64,000 nucleotides of DNA from Snodgrassella alvi (GCA_946478525.1 CAMLCH010000006.1:22210-86209); one strand, 5' to 3'; numbered from the stretch's first letter, positions 50,644 to 61,592 are shown. Translations and numbers: made by a program. The notes: generated from the sequence alone by a model not told the origin.

Positions 50644-51665
50644 TATTTCGAAAAAATGGGATGGTAGCCGTTTTCTGCGCAAAAGCCTTTTCTTATTTCA
50701 ATTTAGGTAGATGGTTTGCATTTACCATAGTCTTTAAAAATATCGCTCAATATTTTTCAGAATAAGCAACGTATGTTGCAATAAAATATGATTCAAAGTC
50801 TGTATTAGTTAAAATAAAACTCTTATACTCTGAATATCATGAAAAATCTATTTATAACAACTGGAGTAGAAACTATAAAAATTTTAGTCAACAGAATAAA
50901 GATATAATATGACTATGTTATTTATATCAGATTGGATAAATATCCATCAACAGAAAATAAGATATGTTAAAAAGAAAGCTTCGTCAATTGGGCTAATGAT
51001 GCTTATAAAAATAGTTAACAATCTGAAATAGCTAAATTAAATGCTTCAGGAGAAATAGCAGCCCATCTTTATTTTGCTGATCATTCTATAAGCTCTAAGT
51101 GCCTAATGATTCATTGCGTAGATGAATAAAAATAAATAATTAGACGTACAGGTTTAATATGTTAAATGAATCTATAGCAAAGGTATAAATATTACTTAAG
51201 ATAAAGAAAACCAATATTTCCTGATAAAGACTATTTAGGTGCCTAGTTTTATTATTTTAACCTGATGGTACACTTGAAGTAACTAAAATAGTTCAATGTG
51301 ATAATTATAAAGTCATCCAATCAAAGAAGGTGAGTGGATGGCAAAAGATCCTGTGAATATCTCATATAATTGGCTTAAAATGCCTATATTTGCTAGCAAA
51401 ATGATTATCTTGAGATGAAACACAGGGAAAAGCAAAAAATAGCAGAAGGTTTTCAATTCCCCGAAAATTGAACAAAGATAATGATAATCCTAGAATAAAA
51501 TATTATAAATATTTATTGGTTTCTTAAAATATTTTGCAATTACAGTTTTTTAGATCTGCAAATGTACATAATGGCCACCAATTGAAAAAGAGTATTGAGA
51601 GCCTGATTAAGGTCGCCAATATAACTTCATTAGCTTAATCAAAAGTTTCATTAATTGCGCATAAA

Positions 51666-52448
51666 TCAACCAAAATTGGCCATTGCGGCAAGTTTGAGTG
51701 TGTCTTTGCCATAAATCTGCGCAGTAAAGTGGCGCATCCAGCGTATTTTACGCAGGCTGGTTTGAATAATGGTCTGGGTTTGCTCTGGTTGCTGAGTAAT
51801 AAACTGATGCCATAATTGTAGTGCTTCTGTAGCAACGCCAAATTCAGTCATCAATTGTGCACCAGAATGCAGATAACACAATAAATCGCGCGCTTGGCAG
51901 TGCGGTAACGTCATGGCTGTAAGTGGATCATCCTCAAAATCGATAAATCCTATTTGTCGGTCATTAATAAAGATCATGTTACGAGCGAAGCACTCACTTA
52001 GATACTGTTGTTGCTGATGTACCTGAGCAATAGCATTAAGACCCAGTAACCAGCGTTGAAGCAGAGTTTGTTTTTCTTTACGGCACGCCCACCATTCTGC
52101 TTCGAGATTCTTTTCTCCGATATTACTAATCATGGTGGCGGTAGTTTGTTGTGCCAGTACTTTAGGCACACAGATACCGGCTTGTGAAAGTGCATGCAAC
52201 CGTTGTACTTCTGTTCGTAATGAGGAAACGCCTCCCAGATTGGGAACCGGTTGTAACAAGTTTATACCGGTAATTTGCTGGGCAAGTTTTAACAATCGAT
52301 ATCGCCACATGCTGTTACGTGTACCAGCCAGTCTTACCCAAACGACTTCGCCACTAGTTAATGTGTGCTTTTGCATTAATTTGCTTTGCTTGCCCAAGCA
52401 TTGCTGTAGTGCTTGCTGGTGAAAGGTGGAGTAATTGGTTTCTGACAT
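51666..52448 (-). CDS. Protein-kinase-like fold protein (LPS kinase / RIO-like family candidate)
   Basis: About 260 aa with an ...ARNMIFINDRQIGFIDFED... arrangement that resembles a catalytic-loop Asn plus a metal-binding Asp. The assignment is by eye only. Confidence 0.4.
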   Translation of the reverse strand: MSETNYSTFHQQALQQCLGKQSKLMQKHTLTSGEVVWVRLAGTRNSMWRYRLLKLAQQITGINLLQPVPNLGGVSSLRTEVQRLHALSQAGICVPKVLAQQTTATMISNIGEKNLEAEWWACRKEKQTLLQRWLLGLNAIAQVHQQQQYLSECFARNMIFINDRQIGFIDFEDDPLTAMTLPHCQARDLLCYLHSGAQLMTEFGVATEALQLWHQFITQQPEQTQTIIQTSLRKIRWMRHFTAQIYGKDTLKLAAMANFG

Positions 52449-52765
52449 TTGTGTTTTTAACTGGCTATATAATGAAGAATGATTCTACTATAGTTGTGGT
52501 TTTATCTTGGTTCAGCAATTTAAAGTAAAAACTTTTATTCTAACAATCGGATTAAATTTTTTTAAAATCTTTGATTTTGATTATATTAGAAAAATTATTA
52601 TTCAATATATACTTAGTTTGTAAAAATAAATTAATGATTTAAGGATTAAGGTAGGAAAATTATATGGATATTTGTTAAAGCCATAGGGTGTGTTGAAAGG
52701 TTTTAATATAATATTTTGCTGATCGGTACAACTAGTATGAGCAATAAAAATAATGTGAAAATTGT

Positions 52766-52792
52766 GCCAGTTATCAATTACAGATAACTGGC
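52766..52792 (-). terminator. Hairpin terminator downstream of potC
   Basis: 10-bp stem gccagttatc / gataactggc with a 7-nt loop. On the minus strand it is followed by a T-rich stretch. Confidence 0.6.
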
Positions 52793-52816
52793 ATATTGTT
52801 ATTTACTTGGTTTGGG

Positions 52817-53680
52817 TTATTGATTTTGGTTGTAAGCCTCAACCATTTCCCTTTCGCGACGAGTACTCTGACGCATCATCAAGTAGTTAAAGCCAATCGC
52901 CATTGTGCCAACTAGAGCAATGATGATGGTCGCTAATACGTTCATTTGCGGATCCAGTCCCAGTTTGATTTTGGAAAATATGATCATTGGTAAAGTAGAG
53001 GAACCTGGTCCGGAAAGGAATGATGCGATCACTAAATCATCCATTGATAGGGTAATGGAGAGGAGGAAGCCGGAAGCTATCGCAGGTGCGATCGACGGCA
53101 AGGTAATTAAAAAGAAAATTTTTAAGGGCCGTGCGCCTAAATCTTTTGCTGCTTCTTCTATTGACTGGTCCAGTTCAAGTAATCGAGAACGGATAATTAC
53201 GGTAACATATGACATACACAGGGTGGTGTGCCCAAGCCAGATGGTAAAAAAACCTCGCTCAAAATAAAAGATATTTATGGCGCTATTTTGTAAAAACATC
53301 TGTACTTGAATAATCAACAGCAGCATGGATAATCCGGTAATGATGTCAGGCATAACCATCGGTGCTGAAACCATACCGGTAAATAAATTGCTACCACGGA
53401 AACGTTTTATGCGTGCCAAAGCATAACCGGCTAATGTACCCAATACTACGGCGGCCGCAGCAGAGCAAACGGCAATGCGGACTGATAACCAGACAGCATC
53501 CAGTATTTGTTCATTATGCAGCAGTTTGCTATACCATGCAGTTGAGAATCCTCCCCAGATAGTAACCAGTCGTGAACTATTAAAAGAGTACATGACCAGA
53601 ACCACTAATGGCATATACAGGAATAATAATCCCAATAATAGCATCCCTTTCAGGAACCATGAGGATTTTGGCTTATGCAT
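52817..53680 (-). CDS. potC: Spermidine/putrescine ABC transporter permease PotC
   Basis: Six-TM permease with an EAA-type loop (EEAAKDLGARPLKIFFLITLP). It overlaps potB. Confidence 0.85.
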   Translation of the reverse strand: MHKPKSSWFLKGMLLLGLLFLYMPLVVLVMYSFNSSRLVTIWGGFSTAWYSKLLHNEQILDAVWLSVRIAVCSAAAAVVLGTLAGYALARIKRFRGSNLFTGMVSAPMVMPDIITGLSMLLLIIQVQMFLQNSAINIFYFERGFFTIWLGHTTLCMSYVTVIIRSRLLELDQSIEEAAKDLGARPLKIFFLITLPSIAPAIASGFLLSITLSMDDLVIASFLSGPGSSTLPMIIFSKIKLGLDPQMNVLATIIIALVGTMAIGFNYLMMRQSTRREREMVEAYNQNQ

Positions 53681-54641
53681 GGCTAGATCCTTTTTCTATT
53701 TCTCTGTTTTCAAAACGATGGAAAAGAACAATGGGAATAACCAGCAGCAAAACCATGATGACAGCTAAGGCTGAAGCTAATGGCCAGTTGTTTTCATTAA
53801 AGAATGTTTGCCACAATACTTTACCAATCATCTGATTTTCTGTACCACCGACCAGTTCAGGGATAACAAATTCCCCAATAGCTGGAATGAATACCAGCAT
53901 TGAACCGGAAATAATACCGGCTTTGGATAATGGCAGAGTAACTGAGCAGAAGGTTTTAATAGGGCCTGCACCAAGATCCGCAGCGGCTTCCAGATAGCGA
54001 TTATCAAGTTTCACTAATTGGGTATAAAGTGGCAGTATCATAAATGGCAGATAGGCATAAACCATCACTAAAATAAGTGAAAAGTTGTTATAAAACATAT
54101 CTATCGGACTATCAATGATGCCCCATTTGAGCAGATAAGTATTGATAATACCATTACGTCCCAATAGGCTTATCCACGCGTAAACACGTAATAAAAACGA
54201 TGTCCAGAATGGTAACATGATGGCCAGTAACAAACCGTTGCGGTATTTTTCCGGTGCACGTGAAATGGTGTAGGCAATAGGATATCCGGCCAGCAAACAA
54301 ATGAAGGTAGTAATGAATGCCGTTTTAATGGATAACCAGTAAGCCAGTAGAAAGGTATTATTACCCAGATTACCCAGAAGCATTTGTCCGAGAGAATGCC
54401 AGAAATCATTAAAAATTTCGCTATAATTTTGATAGCTGATGAGGATATTCACTCTGCCCATATCCTCATTGACTATGTACAAAGGAGTATATGGTGGAAT
54501 AGCGATATCTTGTTCGGCAAAGCTGATTTTTAATACGATAATGAAGGGTACGAGAAAAAGTAGCAGCAACCATACATAGGGAATGCCAACAACTACTCCC
54601 TGTGAAGGGCGTAGCCCTTTGAGGCGATTAATCCAATTCAT
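53673..54641 (-). CDS. potB: Spermidine/putrescine ABC transporter permease PotB
   Basis: Permease with an EAA loop (LEAAADLGAGPIKTFCSVTLP), located between potA and potC. Confidence 0.85.
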   Translation of the reverse strand: MNWINRLKGLRPSQGVVVGIPYVWLLLLFLVPFIIVLKISFAEQDIAIPPYTPLYIVNEDMGRVNILISYQNYSEIFNDFWHSLGQMLLGNLGNNTFLLAYWLSIKTAFITTFICLLAGYPIAYTISRAPEKYRNGLLLAIMLPFWTSFLLRVYAWISLLGRNGIINTYLLKWGIIDSPIDMFYNNFSLILVMVYAYLPFMILPLYTQLVKLDNRYLEAAADLGAGPIKTFCSVTLPLSKAGIISGSMLVFIPAIGEFVIPELVGGTENQMIGKVLWQTFFNENNWPLASALAVIMVLLLVIPIVLFHRFENREIEKGSSHA

Positions 54642-54660
54642 AACAAAAACCTCAATGCCA

Positions 54661-55791
54661 TTAGTATGTCAGCGGGCTGGCCTGAGTATCTGGCCAGCTG
54701 ATATAAACTTTTTCTTCCCATGTTGGCATGGGTATATTGCTTTGTTCCCAGTATGAGGACAAAACCTGACTTTTAATGATTTTTCCTGATGGCAACTGAA
54801 TGTGAAAAATACCGAAGCTACCTAAATAAGCAATTTCTTTCACAATGCCCACTGACCAGTTATATTCCTGCTGTGGTTGCTCACGATAGATGTTTATATC
54901 CTCTGGACGAATAGAGAGCCAGATATCCTGATCTTCGGGTCCGCTAATCCCGTGACCCAGATAAACCAGTTGTTCAATATCAGAGCAATGAATGATGGTA
55001 TGATCAGAACCGTCTTCGGTAACGATTCCAGGCAAAATATTGGTTTCGCCCATGAATTCAGCAGTAAAACGGCTGTTTGGGTAGTCATAGATATCAGATG
55101 GTGTGCCTACCTGCATAAGTTGTCCATCTGACATGATGGCAATACGCGACGCCATTGTCATGGCTTCCTCCTGATCATGAGTAACCATAATGCAGGTGGC
55201 ACCAACTTTTTCCAGTGTATTGACTAGTTCAAGCTGGGTTTGTTGGCGAAGTTTTTTATCCAGTGCACCTAGTGGTTCGTCCAGTAAAAGTAATTTAGGG
55301 CGTTTAGCCAGACTGCGTGCTAAAGCAACACGTTGTTGTTGTCCGCCTGATAACTGATGTGGTTTACGTTTGGCGAATTTGGTCATTTGCACCAGACGCA
55401 GCATTTCTTCCACACGGGCAGCAATTTCATCTTTCGGCAGTTTGTCTTGTTTCAGCCCGAATGCAATATTTTGCTCTACAGTCATGTGTGGAAATAATGC
55501 GTAACTCTGAAACATCATGTTGATGGGACGATCGTAAGGTTGCAGCTTGGTAATATCCTCACCATCGAGAATAATCTGTCCTTGTGTGGGTGTTTCCATT
55601 CCTGCCAGCATGCGCAATAAGGTGGATTTACCGCTACCGGAGCTACCTAGCAAGGCAAATATTTCATTTTTTTCAATGGTCAGATTGACATGGTCTACGG
55701 CGTAGTTATCGCCAAAGGTTTTGACGATATCTTTAATCTGTAAGTAATGTGCCTGATCAACATTGGGCTTGGTAGTTGAGTTTTCGCTCAT
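54661..55791 (-). CDS. potA: Spermidine/putrescine ABC transporter ATP-binding protein PotA
   Basis: Walker A GSSGSGKST, signature LSGGQQQRVALAR, Walker B LLLDEP, and a C-terminal TOBE-like domain. The internal ATG 55791 (MSENSTTKPN...) is preferred over the 443-aa ORF start. Confidence 0.9.
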   Translation of the reverse strand: MSENSTTKPNVDQAHYLQIKDIVKTFGDNYAVDHVNLTIEKNEIFALLGSSGSGKSTLLRMLAGMETPTQGQIILDGEDITKLQPYDRPINMMFQSYALFPHMTVEQNIAFGLKQDKLPKDEIAARVEEMLRLVQMTKFAKRKPHQLSGGQQQRVALARSLAKRPKLLLLDEPLGALDKKLRQQTQLELVNTLEKVGATCIMVTHDQEEAMTMASRIAIMSDGQLMQVGTPSDIYDYPNSRFTAEFMGETNILPGIVTEDGSDHTIIHCSDIEQLVYLGHGISGPEDQDIWLSIRPEDINIYREQPQQEYNWSVGIVKEIAYLGSFGIFHIQLPSGKIIKSQVLSSYWEQSNIPMPTWEEKVYISWPDTQASPLTY

Positions 55792-56233
55792 GATAAGTTG
55801 CTCCAGAATAATCGTTCCAGCCAATGCAGTGTATATGCAAATGTTCTGTGGTGTATAAAGAACGATGCAAAAACAAGTCTGCTCCTGCCTTAAGAGGGTG
55901 CATTGTATGCAAGCATTTTGTATGGGGCAATGGAATTTAAGTGTTAATACATTAAAATTCCATTTATCTTGGAAATCTTTGCATATAAACAAATATTTAG
56001 TGAAGCAATATTACTTAGATTAAATTTTGTTATGACAAAATAACGCAACTAATTGCCGTTTTGTATAAATGAAAATGCAAGTGATCAGGCCGTATTTCGA
56101 ATGCTGCAAATAAGTGTTGTATTATAGCGCTTAAAAATTGATATTTGGATAAAGTATGCTGGTTTTTGATTCAGATGAATGATTTTAGTTGTAATGGTCA
56201 CCATTACTGAAATAATGGCTGAAAATAAGATTA

Positions 56234-57472
56234 GTGGAAGCCATTTATGGCAGAAAAATAAGTGTTATTAACGAGGTTTATGTGAACAAAAAAGTATTAC
56301 TTGGCATTAGTGGTGGTATTGCAGCATACAAAAGTTGCGAGCTGGTGCGGTTGTTGAAAAAGGCAGGCCATCAGGTTAATGTGGTGATGACGCGTGCAGC
56401 AAAGGATTTTATCAGCCCAACGACATTTCAGGCTCTTAGTGGTGAACCGGTTTTTTTAGACACCCATGATGCTAATAGTGGTAATGGTATGGCCCATATT
56501 AATCTTTCCCGCCATGCTGATGTGATGCTCATTGCGCCGGCCTCAGCTAATACGTTAGCTAAAATAGCTCACGGGGTAGCTGATAATTTGTTGACTACGT
56601 TAGTGGCGGCACGCAGTTGTCCGCTAGCCGTAGCGCCGGCGATGAATGTGCAAATGTGGAATAACCCAGCTAATCAACGTAATCTGGCACTATTAAAGCA
56701 GGATCAGGTAAAGGTGTTTGGTCCGGAGGCAGGAGAACAGGCTTGCGGAGAAATTGGCAGTGGGCGCATGCTGGAAGCTGAAGATTTAGCTGATTTGCTG
56801 GCTGATCTGTGGTCGCCATTATTATTAGACGGTAAAAAAGTTTTGATTACGGCAGGGGCAACATTTGAAGCAATTGATCCGGTACGCGGTATTACTAATA
56901 TTTCCAGTGGCCAGATGGGGATGGCATTGGCTCGTGCCTGTCGCGCTGCAGGGGCATCCGTATCGTTGGTTTACGGTCAAATACAGACAAAAATACCTGC
57001 TGGATTGAGTTATTATGAACAAGCGATTAGTGGTGATGCTATGTACGCTGCAGTTCATCGTTTGATTGATCAACAGGATGTGTTCATTTCTGTTGCAGCT
57101 GTAGCCGATTATAAAGTGAAAAATCGTAGTGAGCAGAAACTGAAAAAGCAGGATGGCAAAAATGTTCCGGTTATTGAGCTCACAGAAAATGCTGATATTC
57201 TTGCCTCTGTGGCAAAATTACCTGATCCGCCGTTTTGTATTGGTTTTGCTGCAGAAAGTGAACATGTACTCCAGTATGGTCGTGCTAAACGCTTAAAAAA
57301 AGGGGTGCCATTATTGGTCGCCAATCAGGTTTCTCTGGCAATGGGTAAAAGCACCAATCAGGTTATTTTACTAGACGATGAAGGAGAAATCGCTTTACCG
57401 CAAATGAGTAAAGACGAGACTGCCACGGCTATCATTACTCGGTTGGCTCAATTATTAAACAGCTCGGTTTAA
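56234..57472 (+). CDS. coaBC: Bifunctional phosphopantothenoylcysteine decarboxylase / phosphopantothenate--cysteine ligase
   Basis: Flavoprotein N-terminus (KVLLGISGGIAAYK) and a CoaB domain (ITNISSGQMG). The start is uncertain: GTG 56234 or GTG 56282. Confidence 0.9.
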   Translation: MEAIYGRKISVINEVYVNKKVLLGISGGIAAYKSCELVRLLKKAGHQVNVVMTRAAKDFISPTTFQALSGEPVFLDTHDANSGNGMAHINLSRHADVMLIAPASANTLAKIAHGVADNLLTTLVAARSCPLAVAPAMNVQMWNNPANQRNLALLKQDQVKVFGPEAGEQACGEIGSGRMLEAEDLADLLADLWSPLLLDGKKVLITAGATFEAIDPVRGITNISSGQMGMALARACRAAGASVSLVYGQIQTKIPAGLSYYEQAISGDAMYAAVHRLIDQQDVFISVAAVADYKVKNRSEQKLKKQDGKNVPVIELTENADILASVAKLPDPPFCIGFAAESEHVLQYGRAKRLKKGVPLLVANQVSLAMGKSTNQVILLDDEGEIALPQMSKDETATAIITRLAQLLNSSV

Positions 57473-57537
57473 TTTAACTTAGCTTTTTAAAATGACGTTA
57501 TTTATGTTTTCAATTTATCTATGTTAAAGAATGGTTT

Positions 57538-57999
57538 ATGAGTAATTCTCAATTATCTGTACAAATTAAAATTTTACATCCGTTAATGGCTGATCAGTTA
57601 CCTCAATATGCCACATCTGGTTCAGCTGGGCTTGATCTACGAGCTTGTATTGAACAACCGATAACTTTGCAGCCTGGAGAAACCTATCTGGTTCCAACCG
57701 GATTAGCTATACATCTTGCTGATCCAAACTATGCTGCACTGATTTTACCGCGCTCCGGTTTGGGACATAAAAACGGTATTGTATTGGGTAATTTAGTTGG
57801 ATTGATTGATTCAGATTATCAAGGTGAATTAAAAGTATCGTTGTGGAATCGTGGACAAGAAAAGTTTGTTATCGAACCGTTAGCGCGCATTGCGCAGATG
57901 ATGATTATTCCAGTTATGCAGGCGAATTTCACCGTAGTAGAGGAGTTCGCACAAAGTGACCGTGGAGAAGGCGGATTTGGTAGTACCGGTCATCAGTAA
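57538..57999 (+). CDS. dut: dUTP diphosphatase
   Basis: [24 protein letters not shown] and [10 protein letters not shown] motifs. Confidence 0.95.
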   Translation: MSNSQLSVQIKILHPLMADQLPQYATSGSAGLDLRACIEQPITLQPGETYLVPTGLAIHLADPNYAALILPRSGLGHKNGIVLGNLVGLIDSDYQGELKVSLWNRGQEKFVIEPLARIAQMMIIPVMQANFTVVEEFAQSDRGEGGFGSTGHQ

Positions 58000-58023
58000 T
58001 CGAATTATTGCTATACAGATGAA

Positions 58024-58058
58024 AAGCAAGGTATCCCTCCGGGATAACCTTGCTTTTT
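58024..58058. terminator. Hairpin terminator between the convergent dut and ppk genes
   Basis: Stem gcaaggtatccc / gggataaccttgc (one bulge), followed by ttttt. Confidence 0.6.
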
Positions 58059-58125
58059 GCCATGGCAATGGCGTTGACCTTTTTTAGTTTATCTGTTTCA
58101 GATGCAATTATAAAGACAACAATAT

Positions 58126-60189
58126 TTATTGCTGGCTGTAACGATCAATCAAAGTTTGCTGCATATTGACAGGTGCTTCGGCGCTAGTTCGTTTTATACG
58201 GTGATATTCACCGCTGGGTTGCATCATCCAGGCACACTGATTATCAGAAAGTGCCAGCAAAAGAGCTTCTTTAATTATGCGATGTTTTAAATCTGTTGTT
58301 TCTATTGGGGTACAAATTTCTACTCGTCTAAATAAATTGCGTCCCATCCAGTCTGCACTGGATATCCATAACTTACTCTCACCACCATTAGTGAAACAGA
58401 ATACCCGCGCATGTTCAAGTAAGCGACCGACTATGGAGCGTACTCTGATGTTTTCGGACAGGCCTTTAACACCCGGACGAAGAATACACATTCCGCGAAT
58501 AATTAATTCTACCTGTACACCAGCCTGACTGGCTTCATATAATGCTTCAATAATAGTCGGTTCAACTAATGCATTCATTTTGGCAATAATACGTGCCGGT
58601 TTACCGGCTTTGGCATGCTTAATTTCTTCTGCAATGCTGTCCAGAAGCATTTTATGTAAAGTGAACGGACTCTGAGCGATTTTATGCAGATTGTTAGGTT
58701 GACCTAATCCGGTAATTTCCATGAAAACGGTATTAATATCACCGGTAATATCATTATCGCAGGTCATTAATCCTAAATCAGTGTAGATACGACTGGTTCC
58801 CTGATGATAGTTACCGGTACTGATATGGGCGTAGCGTTTCAGTCTGCCTTGTTCTCTGCGCACTATAAGCGCCATCTTAGCATGAATTTTATAGCCAAAT
58901 ACGCCAAATACAACGTGTGCTCCTACGGCTTCTAACTGACTTGCCCAGTTAAGGTTGGTTTCTTCATCAAAGCGCGCCATTAACTCCACAACTACAGTGA
59001 CTTGTTTACCGGCTAATGCTGCTTTCATTAATGCTTTGACCAGATCGGAATTGCTGCCGGTACGATAGATGGTCATTTTAATGGCAATAACTTTAGGATC
59101 TTCAGCCGCCTGCTGAATGAAACGTACCGTGGGTTCAAAAGACTGATAGGGATGGTAAAGTAGAACATCTTCCTGCTGAATTACGTCGAATAAATTGTGA
59201 TTTTTATTCAGTGAAGCTGGGATACCCGGAGTGAAGGGTTTAAATTTCAGATCATTTCGCTCAATCATGTCCGGAACAGCCATTAAACGTACTAAATTAA
59301 CCGGACCATTTACTCGGTATAGTTCATCCTTACTGAGATGAAAATGACTGAGCAAAAAATTGTACACATGTTCTGGACAATTATCAGCAACCTCCAGTCT
59401 AACCCCCTCGCCGTATTGCCGATCCTGTAATTCACCGGCAATCGCCACACCGAGGTTTTCAAGATCTTCTTCAGCTACACTTAATTCACTGTCGCGCGTC
59501 AGCCTAAACTGATAACAGCCTTTTATATTCATGCCAGTGAAAAGGGTATGGACATGAGCATGTAAAATTGATGACAGAAATACAAAGCCCTCGTGACCGT
59601 CGCACAGTTCTTTAGGTAATTTCAGAATACGAGGCAAAATACGTGGTGCCTGAACAATTGCCATACCGCCTAAGCGACCAAATGCATCTTTGCCTTCCAA
59701 TTCTACGGCGAAATTAAGTGATTTATTCAGTAAACGCGGGAAAGGATGAGAAGGGTCAAGACCTATTGGCGTCAATATCGGTAATAATTCATGGCGAAAA
59801 TATTCAGCAACCCATCGTTGCTGTCCTTCGTTCCAGGAACTACGTGGATAAAAGGAGATACCTTTTTTGCGTAATGCCGGAATTAACTCATCATTAAATA
59901 TGCGATATTGTTCAGCAATAATTTTATGTGCTTCTACCGTTACATTAGCAATAACTGTATCTGGTAATTCACCATTAATCAGTGGAATTTGCGGAGCTCG
60001 CTGCTTGGTACGACGTAACCATGCCATTCGTACTTCGAAAAATTCATCCAGATTAGAAGAAACAATACACAAAAAGCGTAAACGCTCCAGTAACGGAATC
60101 TGCTCATCTTGGGCCTGTGCCAGTACACGTCGATTAAAAGCCAACAGGCTCAATTCCCGACAAAGTAAGCGAGATTGCGATTGGGACAT
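58126..60189 (-). CDS. ppk: Polyphosphate kinase 1
   Basis: 687 aa. N-terminus ELSLLAFNRRVLAQA, SNLDEFFEVR, and two PLD-like HKD-type regions (IHAKMALIV ...). Confidence 0.95.
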   Translation of the reverse strand: MSQSQSRLLCRELSLLAFNRRVLAQAQDEQIPLLERLRFLCIVSSNLDEFFEVRMAWLRRTKQRAPQIPLINGELPDTVIANVTVEAHKIIAEQYRIFNDELIPALRKKGISFYPRSSWNEGQQRWVAEYFRHELLPILTPIGLDPSHPFPRLLNKSLNFAVELEGKDAFGRLGGMAIVQAPRILPRILKLPKELCDGHEGFVFLSSILHAHVHTLFTGMNIKGCYQFRLTRDSELSVAEEDLENLGVAIAGELQDRQYGEGVRLEVADNCPEHVYNFLLSHFHLSKDELYRVNGPVNLVRLMAVPDMIERNDLKFKPFTPGIPASLNKNHNLFDVIQQEDVLLYHPYQSFEPTVRFIQQAAEDPKVIAIKMTIYRTGSNSDLVKALMKAALAGKQVTVVVELMARFDEETNLNWASQLEAVGAHVVFGVFGYKIHAKMALIVRREQGRLKRYAHISTGNYHQGTSRIYTDLGLMTCDNDITGDINTVFMEITGLGQPNNLHKIAQSPFTLHKMLLDSIAEEIKHAKAGKPARIIAKMNALVEPTIIEALYEASQAGVQVELIIRGMCILRPGVKGLSENIRVRSIVGRLLEHARVFCFTNGGESKLWISSADWMGRNLFRRVEICTPIETTDLKHRIIKEALLLALSDNQCAWMMQPSGEYHRIKRTSAEAPVNMQQTLIDRYSQQ

Positions 60190-60285
60190 AATAAATACCT
60201 TTGACTGTTTTAATGTGTCAGTATTAGTCAGTTAATTTTAAGGGTATTAACCTTGTCACTAATCTGGCTGAGGGTCAAGTACTAT

Positions 60286-60825
60286 TCATTCAGTAAGTAA
60301 CCATGGGTTTTGAATAAATTGGCATGGATTGTTATAATTCAATACTTTAGCATAATTTCCTGCGGCAGTGGCATTCGGCGGGATATCCTTGGTTACGACA
60401 CTTCCGGCGCCGATGGTCGCATTATCGCCAATACAAACATTTTCAATTACATTACAATTTGGACCAATATAGACATTATCCCCAATAGTAGCGGCACTTC
60501 CCAGATTGGCACCGATGACCGTATAAGGAGATAAATTGACATTATTACCCAGACGGGCGGAGTGATTGATAATTAATGGGCCACCATGGCCGATATATAA
60601 ACCATAGCCGATGCTGGTATGGGAGCTGATAATAATGCCACTGCGCTTTTTTTGCCAGACATACATCGGATAGGCTAACTGGTGCCACCAGCCAGAAGCT
60701 GAAGCCAATCTAAGCCAAAAAGTAAAACGAAAGCCACGGTTTAACAAATATTGTTTAATAAAAGTACCCAAATCGGTACGACCACTATATCGAAATAAGT
60801 CGCTTTTAATCAGCTCAATAACCAT
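60286..60825 (-). CDS. Hexapeptide-repeat O-acetyltransferase (serine acetyltransferase-like family)
   Basis: Left-handed beta-helix repeats (IGDNVYIGPNCNV ... IGDNATIGAGSVV). The N-terminal region resembles polysaccharide-type CysE/WcaB acetyltransferases. Confidence 0.7.
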   Translation of the reverse strand: MVIELIKSDLFRYSGRTDLGTFIKQYLLNRGFRFTFWLRLASASGWWHQLAYPMYVWQKKRSGIIISSHTSIGYGLYIGHGGPLIINHSARLGNNVNLSPYTVIGANLGSAATIGDNVYIGPNCNVIENVCIGDNATIGAGSVVTKDIPPNATAAGNYAKVLNYNNPCQFIQNPWLLTE

Positions 60826-60854
60826 AGATTTTGAATTTAAGCCATTTAGTATAT

Positions 60855-60886
60855 AAAAAAAGCTGTTCTATTTAATCTAGAACAGC
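60855..60886 (-). terminator. Rho-independent terminator after yggX
   Basis: Stem gctgttcta / tagaacagc. On the minus strand it is followed by ttttttt. Confidence 0.6.
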
Positions 60887-60895
60887 CAATGTAAA

Positions 60896-61168
60896 TCAGT
60901 TTTCTTGCGGAGTATAACCACTGATCTGATCAGCACCTTCTCCAAAAAAATAATTTTCCATTTGCTCACTGATGTATTCTCTTGCACGCGGATCAGCCAG
61001 ACTCAAACGGTTTTCATTAATAATCATTGTTTGATAACGCAACCAGCCGTCCCATGCTTCTTGCGAAACATTTTCATAGATTCGCTTACCTAATGCATTT
61101 GGCAGAGGTGGAAATTTTAATCCGGGTGCTTCCTTATCCAGTTTGATGCAATGTACCATGCGACTCAT
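60896..61168 (-). CDS. yggX: Fe(2+)-trafficking protein YggX
   Basis: 90 aa with [17 protein letters not shown] ... INENRL, typical of the YggX family. Confidence 0.85.
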   Translation of the reverse strand: MSRMVHCIKLDKEAPGLKFPPLPNALGKRIYENVSQEAWDGWLRYQTMIINENRLSLADPRAREYISEQMENYFFGEGADQISGYTPQEN

Positions 61169-61592
61169 ATGACTTCCTTATGGCAATTCAGGTAAAAAAT
61201 AGATTGTAAAAGATTTTTTGCTTTTGCGGTTATCGTAAGCAATGAATTACAAGATAAATTGGTTTTTGTATCAATGTAAGTTATTAAGATAATTATTATA
61301 ACTATAAATTTGTAATAATCTAATAATCATCTTATTAACATAAGGATAGACACAATATATGGAATTATTGCAATAATTTATTTATGTGAGCTATTAATCG
61401 TATTTAAATTATTATTTTCAAATTAAGTTTAGTATAAAATTAAGCAGTATTAGAACTTAAACTTAATTTAATTCTAGTTCATGCTATGGCTAAAATTTAG
61501 CTTTCTGTTAATAAATAATTATTTGCAAATTCTACAAATTACAGAAGTCAGTAGCTTATTCAGTACGCTAATGTAATCATACGAACTGCTAT

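Noticed and set aside
52905-53267. 120-aa ORF antisense to potC. A similar case is 59867-60235, antisense to ppk.
   Set aside because: Both lie opposite conserved genes and have no motifs. They are likely spurious.
55792-55992. N-terminal 67-codon extension of the potA ORF (MFICKDFQDK...)
   Set aside because: The Cys-rich, non-conserved-looking extension precedes the canonical PotA N-terminus (MSENSTTKPN...). The internal ATG at 55791 is the more plausible start.
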